Positions 40,247 through 50,072 are shown, counted from the stretch's first letter. The stretch: DNA of 64,000 nucleotides from Candidatus Acidiferrales bacterium (GCA_035533655.1 DATLTJ010000093.1:1988-65987); one strand, 5' to 3'. A program made the numbers and translations. The notes: generated by a model from the letters alone, not told the origin.

Positions 40247-41527
40247 TTAGCCGCGGGACTCCAGCCAGGACGAGAGAACTCCCGCGGCCTGGGGGTTAGG
40301 CTCCAGCTTCAGCGTCCGGTCGAAAGAGTTCTGCTGCTCCAGGATGTAGTCGACATCCTTCAGCTGATGTCCAGTCAGGATCGCCACCACGTCGGCGTCC
40401 TCCTCAAGCTGGCCGGCCTGCCGGAGCTTGCGCAGGCCGGCCACGGTGATCGCGGAGGCCGGCTCGCACCCGATCCCGTCGCGCCCCAGCGCCTCCTTGG
40501 CCGCCGCGATCTCCTGGTCGCTGACGGACTCACAGCCCCCCTCGGACCACCGCAGCGCTCGGAGCGCCTTGGACCAGTTGGCAGGACTGCCGATCCGGAT
40601 CGCCGTGGCCCTCGTCTGCGGATCTGGGAGCGGCTCCAGGGTGTGGCCGCCGGCCGACCACATCCGATAGAAAGGGTCCGAGCCATCGGCTTGAACTACG
40701 ATCAGCCGGGGGATCTTGGCGATCAGGCCAAAACTCGCCAATTCCATCAGCCCCTTACCGATCGCGGAGACGTTGCCCAGATTGCCCCCGGGCACCACCA
40801 GGTAGTCGGGCACCCGCCAGTCCCGCTGCTCCAGCAGCTCCACGATCACCGTCTTCTGGCCCTCGATCCGGTAGGGATTGATCGAGTTCACCACGTAACA
40901 ACCGAGGTCTCCCGAAACCTGGCGGAGCAGGCGGAGCGCCTGGTCGAAATTCTTCCCGGTCTCCACCACCAGGGCCCCGAAATCGATCGCCTGGGCCAGC
41001 TTGGCGCTGGAGACGGCCCCCTCGGGGACGAACACCAGAGCTCTCATCCCGGCGCGCGCGGCGTAGGCGGCCATCGATGAGGAGGTGTTCCCGGTCGAGG
41101 CGCAGGCCACCATCTGGGTCTTCAGAGAGACGGCATGGCTGATGCAGGCGGTCATCCCCAGGTCCTTGAAGGAACCGGTCGGGTTGACCCCCTGGTGCTT
41201 CACCAGGAGACGGTGGAGCCCGGCCCAACGCGCCGCCCCAGGCGAGCTCACCAGCGGAGTTGAACCCTCGCCCAGGGAGATTGGCGCCTGGTCCTCGGCC
41301 AGAAAGGGCAGCAGCTCCCGAAAGCGCCAGACCCCGCTGCGATCCGCCTCCAGGCTCCCGCCCTGCCGCCCGTGCCAGACCTCGCGCCACTGGCTGGGAT
41401 TGGGACTCTCGAACTCGTAGCCCACCTCCAGCAGCCCCCCGCAGCTGGAGCAGACGTAGGCGATCCCCGGCGACGAGCTCTCCTTCGCGCAGGCGGGCTC
41501 GGAGCAGCGTAGAAAGGAGCGGGTCAT
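40247..41527 (-). CDS. thrC: threonine synthase (canonical bacterial type with N-terminal Cys-rich Zn-ribbon-like segment)
   Basis: 426 aa. Motifs: NPTGSFKDLGMT (PLP Lys), CASTGNTSSSMAAYAARAG, IRIGSPANW, EPASAITVAGL. N-terminal CSEPAC..CSSCG. Confidence 0.88.
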   Translation of the reverse strand: MTRSFLRCSEPACAKESSSPGIAYVCSSCGGLLEVGYEFESPNPSQWREVWHGRQGGSLEADRSGVWRFRELLPFLAEDQAPISLGEGSTPLVSSPGAARWAGLHRLLVKHQGVNPTGSFKDLGMTACISHAVSLKTQMVACASTGNTSSSMAAYAARAGMRALVFVPEGAVSSAKLAQAIDFGALVVETGKNFDQALRLLRQVSGDLGCYVVNSINPYRIEGQKTVIVELLEQRDWRVPDYLVVPGGNLGNVSAIGKGLMELASFGLIAKIPRLIVVQADGSDPFYRMWSAGGHTLEPLPDPQTRATAIRIGSPANWSKALRALRWSEGGCESVSDQEIAAAKEALGRDGIGCEPASAITVAGLRKLRQAGQLEEDADVVAILTGHQLKDVDYILEQQNSFDRTLKLEPNPQAAGVLSSWLESRG

Positions 41528-41537
41528 CCGCCAGACT

Positions 41538-42917
41538 TTAGAGCCCGAACTCCTGGTGCATGGCCCCCACGGCCGCGGGGACGTCCACTGATCTCACCAC
41601 CAGGGAGACGCTGAGCTCCGAGGAGCCCTGGGCGATCGCGGCGATGTTGATCCCCAAGCGGGCGATCGACCCACAGATCCGGGCGGCGATGCCGGGGATG
41701 CCCTTCATGCCCTCGCCTACCGCCACCACCACCCCAACGTCGGGCAGCTCCTCCACCGCCGCGATGGAAAAGCCGCCCCGCAGCGATCCGCGCTCCCGCT
41801 CTAGGCGGCGCCTGACCCTGGCGGCATCGGAACTGTTGACCACGAAGGAGATGACGTTCTCGGCGGAGGACTGGGTCACCACCAGGGTGCTGATCCGGTC
41901 CGCATCCAGCGCCCCGAATACCTGCGCCGCCAGGCGGGTGAAGGACATCGAGCGGGTGGCGGACACGGTGAACAAGGAGGCCTCCGCCGTGGACGCGATC
42001 GCCCGAACGCCCGGGCGACTCGGCTGAGAGCCGCCGATCTCGGTGCCGAGGGCCGCGGGATTGAAGCTGCTCTTGATCAGGACCGGGATCCCCGCCAGGA
42101 AGGGGAGCTCCAGCGCCTTGGGGTGCAGCACTCTAGCGCCGAAGAACGAGAGCTCGATCGCCTCGCGGTAGGAGAGCTCTGGGATCACCCGCGCCTGCGG
42201 GACCAGCCGCGGATCGGCGGTCATCATTCCGTCCACATCCGTCCAGATCCAGATGGCGTTGGCGGGGATGCTGGCTCCCAAGATCGTGGCGCTGTAGTCG
42301 GAGCCACCTCGCCCCAGAGTGGTGCAGCTTCCGTCACTGGTGGCGGCTCGGAAGCCGGTCACGACCGGGACGACTCGACGCTGGAGGAGGGGACCCAGGC
42401 GGGCCCGGACCTTTTGGTTGGTGGGCTCGAAGAGGAGAGACGCGTTGCCGAAGCCATCGTCGGTCACGATCAGCTCGGTGGCGTCGACCGCCTCCGCGTC
42501 CAGGCCGCCCGCCCGCAGGATGGCGGCCAACAGAGTGGCCGACATCACCTCGCCGAGGGAGGAAAGCGAGTCGAGAGCGCGCGGGGTGAGCTCTCGGACC
42601 AGGGAGAAGCCGACGCAGAAGTCCTTGAAGGTGGACAGCTCGGCGTCGATCTGAGCCTGGATCTGCGGCCGCTCCTGGGCCGCGACCAGCGTTTCGCACA
42701 CCTCAGAGTGGCGCCGCCTCAGCTCTTCGCCGATGGTCTGCCAGGTGTCGGTCTCCCGACCACTGGCCGCGGTCGCCGCCGCCAGCAGGGACGCGGTCAC
42801 CTGCTGCATCGCGGAGACGACCACCACCAGCTGTCCCTCCGCCGCGTGCTCCCGGATGATCTTGGCCGTCGCCGCCATCCGGTCTGGGTCACCGACCGAC
42901 GTACCGCCGAACTTCAT
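41538..42917 (-). CDS. ask: aspartate kinase
   Basis: The start was re-picked to ATG 42917 (MKFGGTSVG). Motifs: VVVVSAM, TLGRGGSDYSA, and two C-terminal ACT-like repeats. The ORF-track N-terminal extension would overlap thrB. Confidence 0.9.
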   Translation of the reverse strand: MKFGGTSVGDPDRMAATAKIIREHAAEGQLVVVVSAMQQVTASLLAAATAASGRETDTWQTIGEELRRRHSEVCETLVAAQERPQIQAQIDAELSTFKDFCVGFSLVRELTPRALDSLSSLGEVMSATLLAAILRAGGLDAEAVDATELIVTDDGFGNASLLFEPTNQKVRARLGPLLQRRVVPVVTGFRAATSDGSCTTLGRGGSDYSATILGASIPANAIWIWTDVDGMMTADPRLVPQARVIPELSYREAIELSFFGARVLHPKALELPFLAGIPVLIKSSFNPAALGTEIGGSQPSRPGVRAIASTAEASLFTVSATRSMSFTRLAAQVFGALDADRISTLVVTQSSAENVISFVVNSSDAARVRRRLERERGSLRGGFSIAAVEELPDVGVVVAVGEGMKGIPGIAARICGSIARLGINIAAIAQGSSELSVSLVVRSVDVPAAVGAMHQEFGL

Positions 42918-42943
42918 GACCCGCAGGTACGGCACCGGAGTGA

Positions 42944-43867
42944 TCACGAGGGGGTCAGCTTCCCGCGAAGGCGCCCCTTGGCCCCCTGGTTGTCGGCCGT
43001 CAGCCGCAGCGCCCGGGCGCCCACGCCGTGGCCGTGAAAGCACTGCAGCAGCTCTTGCTCGATTTCCGAGCCAGCTCGCCTGGTCACCGCCATTACCCCG
43101 GACCCGGCGCCGCTCAGAAAGATCCCCAGGAGCGCGGGATGGGCCAACTCCAAGCACTCCCCCAGCCCGGGCATCAGCTCGGCTCGCTGCTTCTGGTGCC
43201 AGCGGTCCGCGAAAAATTCCGGTTCGAAGTCGAAGTCCCCGGAAAATGCCGACGCGACCAGCAGGGCGGCGCGCTGCAGGTTATGCACCGCATCGGCGCG
43301 GCTGTACGTGTCCGGCAGGACCGACCGCGACTTCGAAGTGGGCATCGGCCGATCTGGGATCACCACGACGAACTCGAGATCAGGGGGGACCTCCGCCTTG
43401 CGGGTCAGCACCGGGCCCGACGGGGAGCCTCCGGCCGACACCACCAGCCCTCCCAGGTAGGCGGCGGCGACGTTGTCGGGATGCCCGTCCAGCTCCGCCG
43501 CCAGCCCGATCAGCGTGGCGTCGTCGGGTCGCTGCTGCGAGAGCTCGGCCCCGATCAACAGTCCAGCGACGATCGCCGCGGCGCTGGAGCCCAGCCCAAC
43601 CCCCACCGGGATCGCGCTGCGCAGGTCGATGCGCAACCCCGGGGTCGGCACCGCAGCCCAGGCATGCAGTCGGGCGATGCCCTGAACCACCAGGTTGGCG
43701 GCGTCCCGCGGTATCACGTCGGCGCCCTCGCCTTGACAGCTGAGCTCTAGGTCCGGTGTCAGGAGCGGAGTCGCCGCCACCATCAGGTCGAGGTCGAGCG
43801 CGAGCGCCGCACAGTCGAAGGCACATCCGAGATTGGCGGAGGTCGCGGGGACGGTTACCTCGAGCAC
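42944..43867 (-). CDS. thrB: homoserine kinase
   Basis: 307 aa, GHMP kinase. Motifs: VPATSANLGCAFD, PVGVGLGSSAAAIVAG, HPDNVAAA. Confidence 0.9.
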   Translation of the reverse strand: MLEVTVPATSANLGCAFDCAALALDLDLMVAATPLLTPDLELSCQGEGADVIPRDAANLVVQGIARLHAWAAVPTPGLRIDLRSAIPVGVGLGSSAAAIVAGLLIGAELSQQRPDDATLIGLAAELDGHPDNVAAAYLGGLVVSAGGSPSGPVLTRKAEVPPDLEFVVVIPDRPMPTSKSRSVLPDTYSRADAVHNLQRAALLVASAFSGDFDFEPEFFADRWHQKQRAELMPGLGECLELAHPALLGIFLSGAGSGVMAVTRRAGSEIEQELLQCFHGHGVGARALRLTADNQGAKGRLRGKLTPS

Positions 43868-43874
43868 GGCCGGC

Positions 43875-45134
43875 TCATCCGCTGGTCGAGCCTGACCGAC
43901 TCACCCTCACCGCTCCCAGCTGCTCCTCGAAGGCCTCGATCTTGGCCGCCAGGACCGGAATCTCAGGCAGGCTGCCCACCAAGGCGTCGGTCGTCTTGAG
44001 GCCGTTCCCCGTGATGCAGAGCACGGTCGTCTCACCGGCTTGGATTCGCCCGTCCTGGAGCAGCTGACCGGCGACCGCGACGGTCACCCCTCCGGCGGTC
44101 TCGCCGAATACCCCCTCCGACTCCGCCAGCAGTCTCATCCCGGCCACGATCTCGGGATCGGTGGCGGACTCGGCCCAGCCCCCGCTCGAGCGGATCACCT
44201 CCAGCGCTCGGTAGCCGTCGGCCGGGTTGCCGATCGCTAGCGATCGACAGATGGTGTCGGGCAGCTGCGGAGTGATCTCCGTCTGGCCCGCCGAGACCGC
44301 GCTCGAGATTGGGGAACAGCCCAAAGCCTGGGCGCCGTACACCCTGACCGGCCGGGGATCAACCAGCCCGGTCGCAACCAGCTCGGAGAATGCCTTGGCG
44401 ATCTTGGAGATCTGGGCACCCCCGGCCATCGGCACCACCACGTTGTCCGGGAGCCGCCAGCCCAACTGTTCGGCGATCTCAAAACCCACCGTCTTGGAGC
44501 CCTCCGCGTAGTACGGGCGGAGGTTGACATTGACGAAGCCCCAGGGGTGCAGCTCCGCAATCTCGGCGCAGAGCCGGTTCACCTGGTCGTAGTTGCCGTC
44601 CACCCGGATCACCCGGGCCCCGTAGACGGCGGTCCCCAGCACCTTGGCCGCCTCCAGGTCGGCGGGGATGAAGACCAGCGCCTCCAGCCCCAGCCGGGCC
44701 GCTTGGGCCGCGACAGCATTGGCCAGATTGCCGGTCGAGGCACATCCCACCACCTCAAAGCCGAACGCCCGGGCCTGGGCCAGCGCCACCGCCACCACCC
44801 GGTCCTTGAATGAGAGCGTCGGGAAGCAGACCGCGTCGTCCTTCAGCCAGAGGTCGTGGCTCCCGAGGCGCTCGCCGAGCCGGGGGGCCCGGAGCAGGGG
44901 GGTGAAGCCCACCGGCAGGTCGGATCGGAATCCTTCAGCCACGGGAAGGAATTCCGCGTACCGCCAGATGTCATAGGGCCGGCGTTCGATGGAGTCCCGG
45001 CTCACCGCCGCGCGGACCGCGGCCAGGTCAAAGGCCACTTCTACAGGCGCGAAGCAGTCCTCACAGAGCACCAGGGGACCATTTCCGAAAGTACGTCCGC
45101 ACTGCTCGCAGCGCAATTGAAAGAGTTCCGACAC
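43875..45134 (-). CDS. threonine synthase-like PLP enzyme, second divergent paralog
   Basis: 419 aa with a GTG start and AAGGAG RBS. N-terminal CEQCG..CEDC. Motifs: TLSFKDRVVAVALAQA (PLP Lys), CASTGNLANAVAAQAARLG, NLRPYYAEGSKT, SLAIGNPADG. It is clearly a different subfamily from 40247..41527. Confidence 0.8.
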   Translation of the reverse strand: MSELFQLRCEQCGRTFGNGPLVLCEDCFAPVEVAFDLAAVRAAVSRDSIERRPYDIWRYAEFLPVAEGFRSDLPVGFTPLLRAPRLGERLGSHDLWLKDDAVCFPTLSFKDRVVAVALAQARAFGFEVVGCASTGNLANAVAAQAARLGLEALVFIPADLEAAKVLGTAVYGARVIRVDGNYDQVNRLCAEIAELHPWGFVNVNLRPYYAEGSKTVGFEIAEQLGWRLPDNVVVPMAGGAQISKIAKAFSELVATGLVDPRPVRVYGAQALGCSPISSAVSAGQTEITPQLPDTICRSLAIGNPADGYRALEVIRSSGGWAESATDPEIVAGMRLLAESEGVFGETAGGVTVAVAGQLLQDGRIQAGETTVLCITGNGLKTTDALVGSLPEIPVLAAKIEAFEEQLGAVRVSRSGSTSG

Positions 45135-45222
45135 GGCTTGCTCCTTTGAGTATCAATTAGTTGGATCGCCTGAGGTGGTCCAGAGCGCTTGGCAAGGTGC
45201 TCTGGAGGTCGATCCGGGGGAG

Positions 45223-45242
45223 CTAGCACCCGCGGGTGCTAG
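45223..45242. repeat. perfect 20-bp palindrome in the thrC-like/asd divergent spacer
   Basis: CTAGCACCCGCGGGTGCTAG is its own reverse complement. It lies ~90-108 nt upstream of the GTG at 45134. Confidence 0.8.
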
Positions 45243-45508
45243 GACTTAGTTCGCGAGTCCCCCGTGGCGCGCTGGCGCATTCGGTTTCCTGGGATAGGAG
45301 ACCGAGCGGGTCCGCGGCCAATCAGGCATCGATCGTCACCAAAGAAGAAGCCGGATGCGCCGAGAAAGCGTGCGCCGAGTGCGTCTCGGGTCCCGCCGCC
45401 AGCTGTCGGGGCAAGTGCCATCGGGGCAACTCTAACGAACCGAGGGTCTCGTCGGCACGATGCCTAGATCACAGCGATTAACCCTCGGCCTGGCAAACTG
45501 CCCTACAG

Positions 45509-46561
45509 ATGAAGAGATTTCGGGTCGGCGTGCTGGGGGCGACCGGAGCGGTCGGCCAGCGTTTAGTCCAGCTCTTGGAGGACCATCCCTGGTTCACCGT
45601 GACCGAGGTGGTCGCCTCCGAGCGGTCGGCGGGCCGCGCCTACGACGAGGCCGTTTCCTGGCGGCTTGCCAGCCGAATTCCGGAGGAGGTCGCCCACCTG
45701 GTGGTGCAGCCATTGTCCGCTGAACTTGACTGCGACCTGGTGCTCTCCGCCCTCGACTCCCAGGTGGCCGGCGACGCGGAATCAGCGCTGGCCGCCGCCG
45801 GTTGCCCGGTGATTAGCAACGCCCGCAACCACCGCCTAGACGAGGACGTTCCCCTGCTGATTCCCGAGGTGAACTGGGAGCACGCCGCCGTGCTACGGCA
45901 CCAGCGTGCGCTGCGCCACTTCACAACTGGGCTCCTGGCGACCAACCCCAACTGCTCGGCGATCGGGCTGACCCTGGCCCTCAAGCCACTCCAGGACGCC
46001 TTCGGAGTGGCGGAGGTCTCGGTCGTGACCATGCAGGCGCTGTCCGGGGCCGGGATCACCGGGGTCGCGGCCATGACCATCCTGGACAACGTCATCCCCT
46101 ACGTCGCCGGCGAGGAGGAGAAGATCGAGACCGAGTCGTTGAAGATTCTGGGTGGTCTGGAGAGCGAGCGGTTCGTCCCTGCCGACCTGCGAGTCAGCGC
46201 CCAGTGCAACCGCGTTGGCGTTCTGGACGGCCACACCGAGGCCGTCTCGGTCCGACTGCGCACCGAGGCCACGGCCGATCAGCTGCGCCAGGCCTTCGCC
46301 GGCTTCACCTCCGAGCCCCAGCGACTCCAGCTGCCCAGCGCTCCCCCCAACCCGGTTTTGGTGGTGGACGGGGCGGACCGGCCGCAACCACAGCTGGATC
46401 GAGGGGCGGCCCAGGGAATGGCGGTCAGCGTCGGCCACCTGCGCCCCTGCCCGGTGCTCGACTGGAAGTTCACCCTGGTCGTCCACAACGCTATTCGGGG
46501 AGCGGCCGGCGCGGCGCTGCTCAACGCGGAGCTGCTGGTGGCGCAGGGATACATCAGCTGA
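45509..46561 (+). CDS. asd: aspartate-semialdehyde dehydrogenase
   Basis: 350 aa. Motifs: VGVLGATGAVGQ, NPNCSAIGL (active-site Cys), QALSGAG. It resembles the archaeal/fungal-like subfamily as I recall it. Confidence 0.9.
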   Translation: MKRFRVGVLGATGAVGQRLVQLLEDHPWFTVTEVVASERSAGRAYDEAVSWRLASRIPEEVAHLVVQPLSAELDCDLVLSALDSQVAGDAESALAAAGCPVISNARNHRLDEDVPLLIPEVNWEHAAVLRHQRALRHFTTGLLATNPNCSAIGLTLALKPLQDAFGVAEVSVVTMQALSGAGITGVAAMTILDNVIPYVAGEEEKIETESLKILGGLESERFVPADLRVSAQCNRVGVLDGHTEAVSVRLRTEATADQLRQAFAGFTSEPQRLQLPSAPPNPVLVVDGADRPQPQLDRGAAQGMAVSVGHLRPCPVLDWKFTLVVHNAIRGAAGAALLNAELLVAQGYIS

Positions 46562-46636
46562 CGGCGGAGGGAGCCCGTCCGGGACTCACACTTTCGGGAG
46601 CCGTTCTTGGCGGATTTTCTGGGGAGGGACTGAGGC

Positions 46637-47248
46637 TTGCCGGAGAGATTTCCTGAGCTGCGCCGGCAGGACGTCGACCCTGATCCGCTGGCCCAGTTAG
46701 AGCGCTGGTTCACCGAGGCGTCGGGCGCGATGGCCCTGCCCGAGGCGGCAGCACTGGCCACGGCCGACAGCGCCGGTCGACCCTCCGTGCGGATGGTCCT
46801 GATCAAGGGATGGGATACGCAGGGTTTCGCCTTCTACAGCAACCATGAGAGTCGAAAGGGCGGTGAGCTGGCCACTAACCCCTGGGCGGCGCTGCTCTTC
46901 TACTGGCCGGCCCTGGGACGCCAGGTGCGCATCGAGGGACCCGTGCACCAGCTCGACGATCTGGACTCAGATCGGTACTTCGCGAGCCGGCCCCGGGCCA
47001 GTCAGCTGGGCGCCTTGGCGTCGGCTCAGAGCCAGCCGGTGGGAAGCCGGGAGGAGCTGGATCGTCGGGTTAGCGAGCTCGAGCGATCGCTGGCAGATAA
47101 GGCGGTGAACCGTCCCACCTGGTGGGGTGGATATCGGCTCGAACCGGTCAGCTACGAGTTCTGGCAGCAGCGGGAGGACCGCCTCCACGACCGAATCCGC
47201 TATCTCTCTGACGCCCCGGGCTGGCGACTGGATCGGCTTCAGCCCTGA
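46637..47248 (+). CDS. pdxH: pyridoxamine 5'-phosphate oxidase
   Basis: 203 aa. Motifs: RMVLIKGWDTQGFAFYSNHESRKG, ALGRQVRIEG, WGGYRLEPVSYEFWQ. Confidence 0.9.
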   Translation: MPERFPELRRQDVDPDPLAQLERWFTEASGAMALPEAAALATADSAGRPSVRMVLIKGWDTQGFAFYSNHESRKGGELATNPWAALLFYWPALGRQVRIEGPVHQLDDLDSDRYFASRPRASQLGALASAQSQPVGSREELDRRVSELERSLADKAVNRPTWWGGYRLEPVSYEFWQQREDRLHDRIRYLSDAPGWRLDRLQP

Positions 47249-47433
47249 GCTCGGTTCCCACCGCTCGCTCGTCGCTGCTAAGATTCCGGCCTGACGCTCC
47301 GGGAGGGGGAAGCTCTCGGGACTGGCGTCCCGCCGCACTCGCGGCATCCGCCGGGCTCGTTACCGAGTTGGCCGCGAGCCCGGTGGCCACCTGCCCGGTG
47401 AGGTAGGGCCGGCGCCGAGGAGGTTTTGGGAAG

Positions 47434-48171
47434 GTGTCAGCACCGGCTCCCGACCGCGAACTCGATACCGGCCCCCAGGTGGGTCCCCAAGTCGATCCCC
47501 GCCAAGCGCCCGCTCCCCAGCGGGTGACCCTGCGAGGCCAGTATGTCGAGCTTGCCCCGCTGGATCCTGCCCAGCACGGGGAGGAGCTCTGGGAGGGACT
47601 GCTCGAGCCGGCCAACGACCAGCTCTGGCGGTACCTTCCCGATGGTCCCTTCGCGGACCGAGCCAATTTCGACGCCAACCTGCAGCGGCTCGGCGGTACC
47701 GACGACCCCCTCTTCTTCGCCATTCTCGACGGCGACACCAAGCGCGCCTTGGGCTGGGCCTCCCTAATGCGGATCAAACCCCAGCACCGCTGTTTGGAGG
47801 TCGGGTACATCCTGTACACGCCAGCGCTGCAGCGCACCAGGGGGGCGACGGAGGCCATGTACCTGCTGGCACGCCATGTCTTCGAGGACCTCGGTTACCG
47901 CCGCTACGAGTGGAAGTGCGACGCACTCAACGCGCCCTCGCGCCGCGCCGCGCTCCGGCTCGGCTTCACGTATGAGGGCATCTTTCGCCAGCATATGGTG
48001 ATCAAGAGTCGAAGCCGCGACACCGCCTGGTTCGCCATCCTGGACTGCGAGTGGCCGGCCCGGAAGGCCCGGTTGGAGAAGTGGCTCGACCCCGCCAACT
48101 TCGACGCTCAGGGAATTCAGAAGCAGCCGCTGTCCGCAGTCAACGTCGAGACCGAAAGACCGCCGGGCTAG
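47434..48171 (+). CDS. GNAT family N-acetyltransferase (RimJ/RimL-like)
   Basis: 245 aa. Motifs: VTLRGQYVELAPLDP, LEVGYILYTPALQRTRGATEA, YRRYEWKCDALNAPSRRAALRLGFTYEG. Confidence 0.8.
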   Translation: MSAPAPDRELDTGPQVGPQVDPRQAPAPQRVTLRGQYVELAPLDPAQHGEELWEGLLEPANDQLWRYLPDGPFADRANFDANLQRLGGTDDPLFFAILDGDTKRALGWASLMRIKPQHRCLEVGYILYTPALQRTRGATEAMYLLARHVFEDLGYRRYEWKCDALNAPSRRAALRLGFTYEGIFRQHMVIKSRSRDTAWFAILDCEWPARKARLEKWLDPANFDAQGIQKQPLSAVNVETERPPG

Positions 48172-49022
48172 GTCAGATCCTCGCGCCGGTAGAGCCTGAT
48201 GGAGATCGGGACGAAGATCAAAAGCAACGCCGCCGCCCAGAGTGCGGTCGCCAGTTCGGGATGTTGCAAGGGCCACACCTGCACCGACGCGGACGGATTG
48301 GGGTTGCCGAAGAGCTCGCGGCAGCTGGCAGTCACGGTGCTCACCGGATTCCACTCGGCAATCACCCGCAACCAGACGGGCATGTTCTGCAGCGCCACGA
48401 ATGCGTTGGACACAAAGATCATCGGAAAGAAGACCACGAACGCCATCGCCTGGGCGGACTCGGGGTTGTGCAACCACATTCCCGCGGCCGCCCCCGCCCA
48501 GCTCATCGCGTAGTTGAAGAGCAGAGCCAAGGCAAATCCGAGCAGTACTTCACCCGGGTTTGTGTGCACCCGCCACCCGACCGCGAGCCCCACCACCACC
48601 ACCACCAACAGGCCCAGAACGGCGGTCATCAGGTCGGCCGTCAGCCGACCCGCCAGGACCGCGGCCCGGGACATCGGCAAGGAACGGAAGCGGTCGATGA
48701 TTCCGGATTGGATGTCGGTAGCCAGTCCCACGGCCACACCCGGGGCGGCGCCCGCCATGGTGATCCCGAAGATGCCAGCCACCACGTACTCGTGATAGTT
48801 ACCGCCCCCCGGCAAGCGAATAGCACTCCCGAACACAAAGGTGAAGAGGACCACAAACATGATTGGCTGGATGGTTACGTCGGCGAGCTGGGCGGGGTTT
48901 CGGACAACGTGGATCAGACTGCGTCGGGTCAACACCAGGACGTCCTTGAGAAACCAGAGGAGTCGCGAGAGTCCCGTTTCCCCAGCGCCGCGATGAGTCT
49001 CCGCGACTTGCGCCACGCTCAT
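48168..49022 (-). CDS. ABC-2 type transporter permease (DrrB-like)
   Basis: 284 aa with six hydrophobic helices. It overlaps the upstream ATPase gene by 4 nt. Confidence 0.85.
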   Translation of the reverse strand: MSVAQVAETHRGAGETGLSRLLWFLKDVLVLTRRSLIHVVRNPAQLADVTIQPIMFVVLFTFVFGSAIRLPGGGNYHEYVVAGIFGITMAGAAPGVAVGLATDIQSGIIDRFRSLPMSRAAVLAGRLTADLMTAVLGLLVVVVVGLAVGWRVHTNPGEVLLGFALALLFNYAMSWAGAAAGMWLHNPESAQAMAFVVFFPMIFVSNAFVALQNMPVWLRVIAEWNPVSTVTASCRELFGNPNPSASVQVWPLQHPELATALWAAALLLIFVPISIRLYRREDLT

Positions 49023-50005
49023 GCCGCATCCTCGTTGCCCAATTCCGCCGCACGACCGGTCAGGGTCATGAACACGTCATCCAGAGCCGGCCGCCGCACG
49101 GTGATGTCGTCAACCATCACGCCGCCGGCGTCCAGCGCCCGGACCACCTTTGTCACCAATCCCGTTTCAGCGGTGGCCGGCAGAGTGAGCCGGTGCCGAC
49201 GCTGGTCGACGGTCACCGCCGCCGAGGTTGCTCGGCCCAGAACCCGGCCCGCCGCCTCCGCGTCGGACGCCTCCGGCAGGGTCACCTCCAGGACGGCGCC
49301 GCCAACTTGGGTCTTGAGCTCGTCCGGGGTACCCCAGGCGATCACCTGGCCATGGTCCACCACGGCGATGTTGTGGGCCAGCTGATCGGCCTCGTCCAGG
49401 TATTGGGTGGTCAGCAGGAGGGTAGTCCCGGCCTCTCCCAGTTCCCGGATCAGCTGCCACATGCCCATCCTTGCCCGGGGGTCGAGCCCGGTCGTCGGCT
49501 CGTCCAGGAAGAGCACCTCCGGCTGGGTGATCAGGCTGGCCGCGAGATCGAGCTTGCGACGCATGCCGCCGGAGTAGGTCTTGGTCGTGCGGTCGGCTGC
49601 TTCGCTGAGCTCGAAGCGCGCCAGCAGTTCGGCCGCCCGCCGCTTCGCCTCCCCCCGGGGGAGCCGGCTCAGCTCGCCGAACATGACTAGGTTCTGCCGC
49701 CCGGTCAGGTACTCGTCAATACTCTCCGACTGGCCGGCGATGCCGATATGGCGCCGGACCTGGGCCGGGTGCGAGGCCACATCGATGCCGGCGACCAGAG
49801 CTCGCCCACTGGTGGGCTTGGCCAAGGTCGCGAGGATTCGGATCAGGGTCGTCTTGCCCGCCCCGTTGGGCCCGAGAACCGCCACGACGCTGCCTTTCTC
49901 GACGACCAGGTCCAAGCCATCGACGGCCCTGGTCGAGCCGTAGAGCTTCACCAGCCCCTCGACGAGGATCGGAGGTCCTGCACCCACAATTGATCTCCTT
50001 ACCAT
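49019..50005 (-). CDS. ABC transporter ATP-binding protein (DrrA-like)
   Basis: Walker [10 protein letters not shown], signature YSGGMRRKL, Walker [12 protein letters not shown], and a DrrA-type C-terminal domain. Confidence 0.9.
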   Translation of the reverse strand: MVRRSIVGAGPPILVEGLVKLYGSTRAVDGLDLVVEKGSVVAVLGPNGAGKTTLIRILATLAKPTSGRALVAGIDVASHPAQVRRHIGIAGQSESIDEYLTGRQNLVMFGELSRLPRGEAKRRAAELLARFELSEAADRTTKTYSGGMRRKLDLAASLITQPEVLFLDEPTTGLDPRARMGMWQLIRELGEAGTTLLLTTQYLDEADQLAHNIAVVDHGQVIAWGTPDELKTQVGGAVLEVTLPEASDAEAAGRVLGRATSAAVTVDQRRHRLTLPATAETGLVTKVVRALDAGGVMVDDITVRRPALDDVFMTLTGRAAELGNEDAA

Positions 50006-50054
50006 CCGGCCGGTAGACTACGATACAGCTGGTAGATACTTTGCCTACCGGCCG
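50006..50054. promoter_or_regulatory. inverted repeats in ABC/TetR divergent spacer (candidate TetR operator)
   Basis: CGGCCGGTAG (50007-50016) and CTACCGGCCG (50045-50054) are reverse complements. Between them are the GGTAGA direct repeats and the small palindrome GTAGACTAC. Confidence 0.3.
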
Positions 50055-50072
50055 TCAAGTAGAATAGCTGAA

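Noticed and set aside
45165-45245. GAGGTGGTCCAGAGCG (T-box-like GGUGGU..CC..GCG) and GGTCGATCCGGGGGAGC (faint resemblance to the SRP RNA domain IV GGUC..UCCGG..GGA.GC).
   Set aside because: The matches are short and gapped, and the GNRA tetraloop of SRP is absent. The T-box-like motif is on the wrong strand for the thrC-like gene and more than 300 nt from asd. SAM-I/IV and lysine riboswitch cores were also not found by eye. The region is kept only as an unexplained structured spacer.
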